The notes beneath the pieces are model-generated. The model was not told where the DNA came from. It was given only the letters and a program-made list of their open reading frames with translations, and made no database searches. 64,000 nt of DNA from PVC group bacterium (GTDB taxonomy: Bacteria > Omnitrophota > Gorgyraeia > B26-G9), in contig JAAEQR010000142.1 in the NCBI GenBank assembly GCA_024231215.1, forward strand, positions 228,593 through 292,592. Direction: 5' to 3'. Shown piece after piece: positions 1-8,210 of this stretch (position 1 is the first letter of the stretch; each line of letters opens with the position of its first letter). Made by a program: the position numbers and the translations under genes.

Positions 1-117
1 AAAACGCTTACGTGCTGCAGAAAGCAATGCAGATTCAATAGCGTCGACAATAATACGTTTATCAACACCTTTTTCTCTTTCGATATGATCTAAGACTAAC
101 AGCAATTCATTATTCAT
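1..117 (-). CDS. nusA: Transcription termination/antitermination factor NusA, N-terminal part (runs off the window)
   Basis: Manual translation MNNELLLVLDHIEREKGVDKRIIVDAIESALLSAARKRF matches the NusA N-terminus; directly downstream of rimP (conserved rimP-nusA order). Not in ORF track. Confidence 0.93.
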   Translation of the reverse strand, partial: MNNELLLVLDHIEREKGVDKRIIVDAIESALLSAARKRF

Positions 118-119
118 AT

Positions 120-587
120 TTACCACCTAACTTCCAATTTTGCCTTTATAATATCTTCTATCGCTATATTAATTTTTACATCATCTTCCGTTAAAAAATC
201 AATGCATCCATTCTTAACTACCTTGATCGTACCCACTAACGTTTTATCTTTGCCTACTACCGGAACTCTAGTCACAATTTTAACCCTACGTCCTAAAGCC
301 CAGATAAAATCACTTTCTTTCTTAAGAGGACGGTCTAATCCAGGAGACGACACCTCTATTATATACTTCTGCAAAAAAATACCTTCTTCTTCAATAATAT
401 CACCCAACTGCCGGTTTATCTTGGCACAAACATCCAGAGTGATACCCGTATCTCCTCTCTTATCAACGAAAACTTTAATCTCTGATTTATTATGCAGTGA
501 TATTATCTGCAAATCTACAAAGCCTATATCTGTTCCGATTAAGAGATCTTCGACGCTCTTTTTTACCTTCTCATAAATAGTGTCCAT
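120..587 (-). CDS. rimP: Ribosome maturation factor RimP
   Basis: 155 aa; GITLDVCAKINRQL and YIIEVSSPGLDRPLK motifs; precedes nusA. Confidence 0.96.
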   Translation of the reverse strand: MDTIYEKVKKSVEDLLIGTDIGFVDLQIISLHNKSEIKVFVDKRGDTGITLDVCAKINRQLGDIIEEEGIFLQKYIIEVSSPGLDRPLKKESDFIWALGRRVKIVTRVPVVGKDKTLVGTIKVVKNGCIDFLTEDDVKINIAIEDIIKAKLEVRW

Positions 588-598
588 ATAATTCCCAC

Positions 599-626
599 AA
601 AAAAAGCGGGATTCCTCCCACTTCTT
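599..626 (-). promoter_or_regulatory. rimP leader hairpin (terminator-like attenuator)
   Basis: Minus strand AAGTGGGA-GGAA-TCCCGCTT followed by a U-run just upstream of the rimP start, like the hairpins described in rimP-nusA leaders. Confidence 0.6.
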
Positions 627-657
627 AATAAAAACTCTCCTGATAATCGTGTTTTAT

Positions 658-685
658 ATTATACTATTAAAAAAAAAGTTGTCAA
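658..685 (-). promoter_or_regulatory. sigma70-type promoter of rimP-nusA
   Basis: Minus strand TTGACA (685-680), 16 bp spacer, TATAAT (663-658). Confidence 0.6.
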
Positions 686-754
686 GCATAACCCCAAATA
701 TTTCCCAGCTTCCCCATATTTGGACCTGACAACCACCTCACCAACACATTTACA

Positions 755-2410
755 TCACTTATTAGTCATTTTTTCCTGCTCTGCTATCTCTCGCTTTACT
801 TTATACAAAATTTTTCTAAGCTGTTCTGCCTCTATATCTAAAACCTGTCTCTTGTTCTGCATCACTGGCAGCTGACTCTTTTCTTCCACTGGACTTATTA
901 CTGTTACCGGAGGTTCTTCAACCGGTAAATCCAGAGACAAATCATCAACTGCCGGTCTTTCATCTTGACGCTGTTTTAAATTTTTTCTCTTCTGACGACG
1001 CACTGTCTCATGCGTTTCAAGTTTTTTCGCCTTTTGTCTCTCACGTCTTCTTTTCATCTTATTTTTAAAATTATTCAATTCCGTAGTATCATCAAGCGCC
1101 AATGGTTCGGTATGTTCCAATTCCATATACAAGTCAATCTCCCGGTCACTCATCTCTGTCTGGGTAATTATATGCGGCGTAACAAATAAAATGAGTTCTG
1201 TCTCTACTTTAGATGTGCTTTTTCTTTTGAAAAATAATCCTAAAAAAGGAATATCTCCGAACCCCGGAACCTTATCAAAAGTTACCGCATCATTCACTCT
1301 CCGCAACCCACCAATAACAATAGTCTGTCCGTCTTTTACCAAAAGATTAGTCTCTGCTAAACGCTTATCAATAATCGGTTGCCCATCCAACTCTGCGGAT
1401 TTAAAACTTTGTTCCGGCTTAATATTCATAGATATAAAATTACCGCTGGTAATATGCGGCGTAACATTTAATTTTATACCTGCTTCTTTAAATTTTACAG
1501 TGGTTGTAACACCACCACCTGTATCTACACTCTCTAAATAAGGAATTTCTTCAATAATCTCAATTCTTGCTTCCTGATGATCCAAAGTCAAAACTTTAGG
1601 ATTAGCCAGAATCTGCGCCTTATTTTCCTGCTGCCACATATCTATCACAGCATCGACATTAAGATCTGCTAAAGCCGCGACAAAAGAAAACTGCCCGCTT
1701 CCTGAAGCAGCATCTCCCGCTGATAAATCGTAAGCCAATGTCCGGGTAGCACTATCATTACCAAGCTGGTCCAGCTTAAAACCCCACTTATCATCCTTAG
1801 TGATTTTAACATCAACCATCATTGCTTCGATCAGAACCTGGGGAGTAAGAGTATCCAGCGCAATTGACGCAGCTTCAACCTTATCAACTACACCAGGAAT
1901 ATCCGTAATAATTAAAGAGTTTGTACGAGGATCCGTCATGATACTACCTCGTTTACTAAGAACTTTAGATAAGGAGTTTTTCAAGCCATCTACATCGGCA
2001 AAATTCAACGGAACTATTTTAGTCACTAAAGGAACCTTGTTCTCTTCTTCAAGCGCACGCTGAAGACTCATAACCCGAATAAGCGTATCTTCCTTTTTAT
2101 AAGTAAAATTATATGTTCTTAAAATAGCATCCAGCGCATTTTCCCAAGGAACATCTTTTAACTGAACGCTAACTTTAGCATCAACATCATCTCCGGCAAT
2201 GATATTTACACCACCCTTATAAGCAAGAATGTTCAATACCTCACGCATATCAGTCTCTCTGAAATTTATAGAAACTAATCCCTCTGTCCCCTCATCTTCC
2301 GCTTGGGCATAATACACATCTAAAACAACAACATTAATAGAGACAATAAACATCAACAATAGCAAAACTATGTTTATCGGTCTTTTTATATAAATAGCGA
2401 AGCTCTCCAT
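755..2410 (-). CDS. pilQ: Type IV pilus secretin PilQ (STN/N domains plus secretin; long charged C-terminal tail)
   Basis: SINFRETDMREVL, PQVLIEAMMV, KDGQTIVIGGL, VPGFGDIPFLGLFF, ELILFVTPHII; start moved to ATG 2410 with GGAGG SD (ORF track gives 2476). Confidence 0.92.
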   Translation of the reverse strand: MESFAIYIKRPINIVLLLLMFIVSINVVVLDVYYAQAEDEGTEGLVSINFRETDMREVLNILAYKGGVNIIAGDDVDAKVSVQLKDVPWENALDAILRTYNFTYKKEDTLIRVMSLQRALEEENKVPLVTKIVPLNFADVDGLKNSLSKVLSKRGSIMTDPRTNSLIITDIPGVVDKVEAASIALDTLTPQVLIEAMMVDVKITKDDKWGFKLDQLGNDSATRTLAYDLSAGDAASGSGQFSFVAALADLNVDAVIDMWQQENKAQILANPKVLTLDHQEARIEIIEEIPYLESVDTGGGVTTTVKFKEAGIKLNVTPHITSGNFISMNIKPEQSFKSAELDGQPIIDKRLAETNLLVKDGQTIVIGGLRRVNDAVTFDKVPGFGDIPFLGLFFKRKSTSKVETELILFVTPHIITQTEMSDREIDLYMELEHTEPLALDDTTELNNFKNKMKRRRERQKAKKLETHETVRRQKRKNLKQRQDERPAVDDLSLDLPVEEPPVTVISPVEEKSQLPVMQNKRQVLDIEAEQLRKILYKVKREIAEQEKMTNK

Positions 2411-2432
2411 TAATCCTCCTTGATCATTACAA

Positions 2433-2855
2433 TTATTGCTTTTGGATAAGAGATATCTCATGTGTAAGTTCTTCATAACTAAAAATCACACTGTTTTCTT
2501 TTATCTCTGTTATATCCAAATCAAAAATCGTATCGCCTTGTTTATGGATTTTATTATTAATCATTACTAAGGGCATCGCTTTATCCCAAAGGATCCCATT
2601 AACATCTATTTTTGCTAACCGCTTATTCAACTCTTCTTTTTTTACAACCGGCTTCATTGTCGGCCTGATCCCTGAAACATCTAACGAAGGAATAAAAGGA
2701 TCCCGCCGATCGTTGCTCTCATAAGTAAAAGAAACTTTTTCTTCTACTAATTCATCTTCTTGAGAACTCACAAAACCAAGCTTCCCTAAAAATAGTATTG
2801 CTCCAATAACTATTATATATATAAAACTCCTGTTTTGCCTATATATTTTCTTCAT
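2433..2855 (-). CDS. PilP/GspC-like pilus assembly protein
   Basis: N-terminal TM, RRDPF motif, 'VNGILWD...LVMINNKIHKQGD' beta fold; lies between pilO and pilQ; start uncertain (2855 or 2873). Confidence 0.7.
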   Translation of the reverse strand: MKKIYRQNRSFIYIIVIGAILFLGKLGFVSSQEDELVEEKVSFTYESNDRRDPFIPSLDVSGIRPTMKPVVKKEELNKRLAKIDVNGILWDKAMPLVMINNKIHKQGDTIFDLDITEIKENSVIFSYEELTHEISLIQKQ

Positions 2856-3453
2856 TTTGATCTTTTTCTTCAAACAATGTTTTATTTTTCTTCAAAGCAT
2901 ATGACCTAATCATTAAGTTAATATTGTGGAGTTCAACATCTGAGTGATCCGGACGGATATCAAAAGTATCGACTTCCATAAACCTATCTGCCTGTTCAAC
3001 CAGATTGATAAACTTACCTAAAGAATGATACCCAGCTTTTAGTTCTAATGCAATTGGTATCTGCAGATAATCGCTGCCTTCCCCATCTTCTCCTATATGT
3101 ATTTCTTCTATTGTTTTAGGCTCTATTGACACAAATGTTATTTTACTTGCTTTCCCCATTTTTATAAGTTCTTCCAACAACTGAGCAACATTCGCTTCAG
3201 CCGGCAACCTTTCCTCGTGATATGTGATACTCTTCTTAATATTATTTACCTCTTCAAAAAGCTCATCTTTATTGGAAACTATTTCTGCGGCATTATCCAA
3301 CTGAGACAAAATATTACTCTCCTCTTTTGATAAATACAAAACCTTGGTGAAAAGAGGCAGAAAAACAAATACAAAATATAAAATTAAAATAATAAATAAT
3401 AATATAATCCCAGCAATAAGATATTGATTTTTTTCCAATGCCGCTTTATCCAT
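2839..3453 (-). CDS. pilO: Type IV pilus assembly protein PilO
   Basis: TM, coiled coil, LP...VAQLLEEL, IPIALELKAGYHSLGKFINLVE motif. Confidence 0.9.
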   Translation of the reverse strand: MDKAALEKNQYLIAGIILLFIILILYFVFVFLPLFTKVLYLSKEESNILSQLDNAAEIVSNKDELFEEVNNIKKSITYHEERLPAEANVAQLLEELIKMGKASKITFVSIEPKTIEEIHIGEDGEGSDYLQIPIALELKAGYHSLGKFINLVEQADRFMEVDTFDIRPDHSDVELHNINLMIRSYALKKNKTLFEEKDQNEENI

Positions 3454-3464
3454 AATTCATCTCT

Positions 3465-5132
3465 CTATTTCAATACCGCCTGAATTTCAAAACGCATGAC
3501 CGCTGATGCTCCTCTTACTTCCCTAAAAGAACGGATTAATTCAATCCTTGAAAAATCCTTAGCAAAAACCATATCATTTTTTAAACTACTTATAAGGCCG
3601 CTTGTTAATGACAGCATCTGCTCACTATGTTCTGCATAAGCCACCCCATTAATATTCAAAACCTGACTTACTTCATCTCTACGCAAATTAGTATCAACCA
3701 AACGCATAAATTCATCAGACATTCTCTTTGTTCCAATGTCTTTTGTTGCTGTATATATTCGGGTTAACCAAATATCCTGCGGTAAATTCGCACTAATTTC
3801 CTGAAGTTTTTCACTCCAACTTACTCTCCGTTTCAAAAGCGCACGAATACCTTCCATTTGATTATCAAGAATTTGCCTTGCCTCTTTCAACTTATCTATT
3901 TCTTCCAGAACAAGGGTCAAATCCCCATATTTCTCTTCTAACCTTATCTTATTTGTCTCTTTTATTTTTAATTGCGTAAACAAACCAATCCATAATGCTA
4001 TCAGCACTGTTAAAATCCCCGCACCGGCATAGATGAATTTTTTATGGGCAACAAGCTTCTCCCATATTTTGTTTCTTCTTACCGCTGCTTTATCTGAGGA
4101 GAGATTTATGCTAAAAGAACGATAACAAGCCAATCCTGCACATAATGCAAGCATCAAAGAGTTGTCCTTCAATTGCTTTTTTTTAAATTCAGTAGGCTCA
4201 TATATTAATTTAGCAATCGGATTCCACACAGTCACCTTTAAACCGAGAACCCCTTGCAAATATTTTTCCAGCCCTTTAAACATTGCAACTCTACCACTCA
4301 AAAAAAGCTCTTCTACCGTATCCCGCCCTTGGGTTTCATAATACTCTATAGCTCTTCTAATTTGATTGGACAAAGCATTGAGGATGAATAAACATAACTC
4401 ATATATATCATCACTCCCGTTTAACCCTTTAAGATGGCTAAGATTATTAAAATCAAGATCTAAATTTTTAGGCAAAGCATCAATCAGATTACTCCATGCA
4501 ACAAATCCGTCTTTTGTTAAACCAACAACCTTACCCTTAATAATATCAATGTTCGTAACTTCCATCCCGACATTAATCAAGGCAATAGTCTTATCATTGG
4601 AAACATCCGGTCCGTTTACATAAAAGCAATTCAAAAGGCTAAAAGTATCAACTTCAATCAGGCCGCAAGTATATCCGGTCGATGTAATCAAACTCGCATA
4701 GTTTTCGATCAAGTCTTTTTTTGCTGCAACAAGAATAACACGTGTCTTTGTTTCTGCTATTTTTTTATCTAAAACAGAGTAATAATCAAAAACAATATCC
4801 TCCATCTTATAGTGAACCTGGCGTTCCACTTCAAATTTCAATGCTTTTCTGATCTCAGAATCACCCATTTGCGGCCAATGGATATCACGCACAACAACAG
4901 ATTCTCCTGAAACCGAGATATTGATTTTGCATTTTTTCTTTTTTAACGGCAGCCGGCTCATCACTTCTTTGATCGCATTAATAATTCCATCCCGACCATC
5001 TCTGAAGTTAACCTCTACCATCTCAAAACCAAGCAGCTTATTTTCTTTTTCATTAGAAGCGATATAAAGGGCCTTTACCAATCCATCCCCTATCTCTACT
5101 CCCACAGCTTCTTGATATCTCTTAAAAAACAT
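3465..5132 (-). CDS. pilM: Fused PilM-PilN pilus alignment protein
   Basis: N-terminal actin-like PilM (VGVEIG, VILVAAKK, LFLSG) followed by a PilN-type SINL motif, TM, coiled coil and LPQDIWLT. Confidence 0.85.
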   Translation of the reverse strand: MFFKRYQEAVGVEIGDGLVKALYIASNEKENKLLGFEMVEVNFRDGRDGIINAIKEVMSRLPLKKKKCKINISVSGESVVVRDIHWPQMGDSEIRKALKFEVERQVHYKMEDIVFDYYSVLDKKIAETKTRVILVAAKKDLIENYASLITSTGYTCGLIEVDTFSLLNCFYVNGPDVSNDKTIALINVGMEVTNIDIIKGKVVGLTKDGFVAWSNLIDALPKNLDLDFNNLSHLKGLNGSDDIYELCLFILNALSNQIRRAIEYYETQGRDTVEELFLSGRVAMFKGLEKYLQGVLGLKVTVWNPIAKLIYEPTEFKKKQLKDNSLMLALCAGLACYRSFSINLSSDKAAVRRNKIWEKLVAHKKFIYAGAGILTVLIALWIGLFTQLKIKETNKIRLEEKYGDLTLVLEEIDKLKEARQILDNQMEGIRALLKRRVSWSEKLQEISANLPQDIWLTRIYTATKDIGTKRMSDEFMRLVDTNLRRDEVSQVLNINGVAYAEHSEQMLSLTSGLISSLKNDMVFAKDFSRIELIRSFREVRGASAVMRFEIQAVLK

Positions 5133-5149
5133 AATACTCCCTAGTCTTG

Positions 5150-6427
5150 TTACTCAGCATAATAAACTCTGTTGCGTCCAGCTCTTTTCGCCTCATAAAG
5201 CATCGCGTCAGCTTTTTGCAAAAGATCTTCCATTCCCAAATCGTTATCCGCAGGAGAGTGACGAACTGCCACCCCAACACTTATCGTAATCTTTACGAGT
5301 TTATTTCCCAACATAATAAACTCAGCGTTTTCCACATTAGCACGCAAACGTTCGGCTATAGAAAACTTACCGCCTTTTGTTTCCTCAAAACCAGGAAGAA
5401 CAACAACAAATTCTTCCCCCCCATAACGCGCACATATATCAGTAAGCCGCACACTATTATTCAGGATTTGTGCGATTTTTTTCAAAACCATATCGCCTTC
5501 CGGGTGGCCATAAGTATCATTGATCTCTTTAAAATGATCTATATCAATGATCAAAAAGCTTAACGGTATATTTTGACGATTGCAAAATTCTAACTCCTCT
5601 TTCATGCGTTTTTGCAAAAAAGTACGATTATAAAGTTGAGTGAGACGATCTACTGATGCAAGACCTCGATGGATAGCACTACCTAAAGCAATCGCCGCTT
5701 CCGAGACAAGCAAGAGGATAAACTCCTCCTCTCGTTTAAGTCGCAACGCCGCAGATTCTCCGCAAAACACAACGATTATGCCCCAAACCCGATCTTCCAA
5801 TATTAGCGGAATCATAGCTAACGCAGAAAGACGAGCAAGATGCGGCGGCCTGTCCTCTTTTAAAAAATATTTTATTTGAGTATCCTCTCCGAATATCTCA
5901 CTATTATTATCGGTATGAATTCTTTTTGATTTAATAACCTGCTTAATAATTTCATCAGTAGAACTAAACTCCATAGCCCTTAACATATTGCGATCAAAAT
6001 TTTTTCCCGTTACATAGGTGAAATCATCAGTACCTATATCCCGGGATAATATAAAACATTGACTCTCTCCCGTCATATCTTTTGTCAACTCCATAAAAGT
6101 ATCAACAATCAAACGCAACAATTGATCCTTACTTTTAGCGGAAGCAAGTTCTTTTCCGAAATTTTCTAACTGTTTAAAGTGTCTTTTCTGGTCTGCTTCC
6201 TTTTTTTTAATCTCTTTAAGCATCTCTTCTTTTTCATTCTGAAAAACAACAGTATTTTCTCTTAATTCTTTTGCTTGCTTACCAGCTAAGATTTTAGCCA
6301 TAACCGCTGCTGTAATAAACGGCACACTCACCACAATCAATGCCACAGACATCACTGGGTTAACAATTAAAAAAACTAACAGAAAAGTTACACCTACCCC
6401 CAATAATACAACTATAATTTTCCCCAT
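5150..6427 (-). CDS. Membrane-anchored GAF-GGDEF diguanylate cyclase
   Basis: Two N-terminal TMs, GAF-like region, DRLTQLYNR, DIDHFKEINDTYGH, GGEEF active site with RLTD (RxxD) I-site. Confidence 0.93.
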   Translation of the reverse strand: MGKIIVVLLGVGVTFLLVFLIVNPVMSVALIVVSVPFITAAVMAKILAGKQAKELRENTVVFQNEKEEMLKEIKKKEADQKRHFKQLENFGKELASAKSKDQLLRLIVDTFMELTKDMTGESQCFILSRDIGTDDFTYVTGKNFDRNMLRAMEFSSTDEIIKQVIKSKRIHTDNNSEIFGEDTQIKYFLKEDRPPHLARLSALAMIPLILEDRVWGIIVVFCGESAALRLKREEEFILLLVSEAAIALGSAIHRGLASVDRLTQLYNRTFLQKRMKEELEFCNRQNIPLSFLIIDIDHFKEINDTYGHPEGDMVLKKIAQILNNSVRLTDICARYGGEEFVVVLPGFEETKGGKFSIAERLRANVENAEFIMLGNKLVKITISVGVAVRHSPADNDLGMEDLLQKADAMLYEAKRAGRNRVYYAE

Positions 6428-6439
6428 ATTAGCCTCTTT

Positions 6440-6628
6440 TTAATGTATTGACCTGCCTAATATCTTCAACCTTTTAATAATGTCATTCTGTGTATATTCT
6501 CTCCGGTTGTTTACTTTATTACGACGCGGCTCAGGAAACTTGCCTAATTTTTCATAACGACGAATCGTCTGCACCGAAATGCCCAAACGCTGAGCCACTT
6601 CGCCAATAGAAAAAAATCGTTCCATCAT
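6440..6628 (-). CDS. Small stand-alone MerR/BldC-like HTH DNA-binding protein
   Basis: FSIGEVAQRLGISVQTIRRYEKLGKFPEPRRNKVNNRREYT; no effector domain; ATG 6628 fits an AAGGAG SD (ORF track 6637). Confidence 0.88.
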   Translation of the reverse strand: MMERFFSIGEVAQRLGISVQTIRRYEKLGKFPEPRRNKVNNRREYTQNDIIKRLKILGRSIH

Positions 6629-6647
6629 ATCATACACTCCTTTTCAT

Positions 6648-6715
6648 CTAATATGTCTTGATATAGTTTGATACTGTTTGATATGATTTTATCATCTTTA
6701 AATAGCTCGTGTCAA
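6648..6715 (-). promoter_or_regulatory. sigma70 promoter overlapped by 10-bp-period direct repeats (candidate operator)
   Basis: Minus strand TTGACA (6715-6710), 18 bp, TGnTAAAAT (6691-6686); plus strand TTGATA at 6658, 6668 and 6678 with degenerate copies at 6648 and 6688. Confidence 0.65.
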
Positions 6716-6801
6716 TAAAAATCCGATATATAAATCTCCATATAAATAGCGAATTTATGAGGAAAATATAGGCTCTTCAATCCTTTGAAGGTTAGGAGAG
6801 C

Positions 6802-7305
6802 TTACTGACAGGGCGTAAGAGCATAATAATCAGCTTCTTTGTCTATAACTGCCCCGTTATTATTTACTGCCCGCAAAACTCCAGTTTCATTAACCGAAAA
6901 TGTACGTTCGCCGGTTGCACGATAAATTTCCGGGGTAGCAGAACAGACATATTGCCGGTCATTAATACGCGTATATGTAAAATTATATCCCTTTTTAGCA
7001 AGTCCGGTAGTTGCCGTATCTACGGTATTATCAATATACGCTGGTATTGCTACTGTCATTTCCGCCATATTAAGCGGAAATCTCATGGGTGATCTTGCAA
7101 CACGAAAATTCTCACATGCAGTACAAAGAGCTTTTAATGTTCCTTGGGCAACAGCTTCATTTGCCGCCAGGCGAGCTCGCAAAAGATTAGGTATTGCTAA
7201 TGCTGCCAACATCGCAATAATAGCTACCACAATCATAATTTCGACCAGCGTAAACCCTGCATCTTGATGCGGGGCACATCCAGTTATGTGCTGCCCCATG
7301 CCCAC
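6802..7305 (-). CDS. Type IV pilin (second pilin paralog)
   Basis: AG|FTLVEIMIVVAIIAMLAALAIPNLLRAR prepilin cleavage/methylation motif; GGAGG SD. Confidence 0.9.
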   Translation of the reverse strand: MGMGQHITGCAPHQDAGFTLVEIMIVVAIIAMLAALAIPNLLRARLAANEAVAQGTLKALCTACENFRVARSPMRFPLNMAEMTVAIPAYIDNTVDTATTGLAKKGYNFTYTRINDRQYVCSATPEIYRATGERTFSVNETGVLRAVNNNGAVIDKEADYYALTPCQ

Positions 7306-7370
7306 AAAAATCGCCTCCTGAGTTTATTTTTTACACTTCTTAAATGTTATATTATCACAAAACAAGACAA

Positions 7371-7403
7371 AAAAAAAGCGGCAATTTAATTGCCGCTTTT
7401 TTT
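7371..7403 (-). terminator. Intrinsic terminator after the major pilin (bidirectional form)
   Basis: AAAAAAAGCGGCAATT-T-AATTGCCGCTTTTTTT inverted repeat with A/T tails. Confidence 0.85.
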
Positions 7404-7413
7404 CTATCAAACA

Positions 7414-7872
7414 TTACTGGATAACAGTCATTGCATCATACAATGCTTGTGTATTAATAGTTGATTTACCTGCTGTGGCTCTGATTACACCAGTTTGATC
7501 AACCCCAAAAGTTCTAGTTCCAGTTGTCTGGTTAACATCCGGTTCTGCTCCACAAATATAAGTGTTTGCAGTCAAACGTGTAAATGTATACACATATCCC
7601 TGTCTACCAGGTGATGCTGCAAATACAGTTGCGTCAACATATGCCGGAGTTGCACCGGTCATTGCCGCGGCATTTGCCGGATAAGCCGGCGTTGTTTGTG
7701 CTGCCCGAAAACTCTCAGCTGCTGTAGAAATAGTCTTCAAAGTTGACTGTGCTGCTGCTTCATTAGCATTAACTCTTGCACGAAGCAAATTCGGGATAGC
7801 GATAGCCGCCAATAACGCAATAATTGCTACAACAATCATAATTTCAACCAACGTAAAACCCTTGCGCCCCAT
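7414..7872 (-). CDS. pilA: Type IV major pilin PilA
   Basis: MGRKG|FTLVEIMIVVAIIALLAAIAIPNLLRAR; GGAGGT SD before ATG 7872; own sigma54 promoter and terminator; next to pilRS. Confidence 0.88.
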   Translation of the reverse strand: MGRKGFTLVEIMIVVAIIALLAAIAIPNLLRARVNANEAAAQSTLKTISTAAESFRAAQTTPAYPANAAAMTGATPAYVDATVFAASPGRQGYVYTFTRLTANTYICGAEPDVNQTTGTRTFGVDQTGVIRATAGKSTINTQALYDAMTVIQ

Positions 7873-7968
7873 AATTAACACCTCCCTCTCTCTCCAGTTA
7901 CGGTTAACATTCATTTTTTGCCTTATAGCTTTTTCCCTGATGCATCTCCTTGGCCCTGCCTCTAAATT

Positions 7969-7985
7969 AGCATTTGCTATGCCAA
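7969..7985 (-). promoter_or_regulatory. sigma54 (-24/-12) promoter of the major pilin
   Basis: Minus strand TTGGCATAGCAAATGCT: GG-N10-GC spacing; an NtrC-family activator gene lies immediately upstream. Confidence 0.8.
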
Positions 7986-8104
7986 ACTCGTTTTTTTATA
8001 TTTTTTGGTGATTATTGAAATATATCTCTTTTAATTCGAACTAGTTATGTGTTTTAAAATCATTTGGTAATATTGTGGATAAAATTTCAAAACAAAAAAG
8101 AAGA

Positions 8105-8160
8105 GAAAAATATTTCCAATAAATAAGAAATTTTTTTCTCAATAACAGGAAAAATCTTTC
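8105..8160. promoter_or_regulatory. Three phased palindromes GAAA-N4-TTTC, candidate PilR enhancer sites
   Basis: GAAAAATATTTC (8105), GAAATTTTTTTC (8127), GAAAAATCTTTC (8149): exact 22-bp period, about 120-175 bp upstream of the sigma54 site. Confidence 0.55.
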
Positions 8161-8210
8161 CGAGGGGAAACCGACTGAAAAATAAGCCAATAAGGAGAGG
8201 TGTTCCTTAC

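Noticed and set aside
669-677. A9 tract in the rimP promoter spacer as a phase-variation switch
   Set aside because: Short homopolymers are common in this AT-rich DNA and the operon is housekeeping
6648-6693. CRISPR-like or iteron array
   Set aside because: Units are 10 bp with no spacers, and there are no cas or rep genes; better explained as an operator
6802-7872. Diversity-generating retroelement or silent-cassette antigenic variation between the two pilins
   Set aside because: No reverse transcriptase or recombinase, and both pilins are full length with their own SD and divergent DNA sequence
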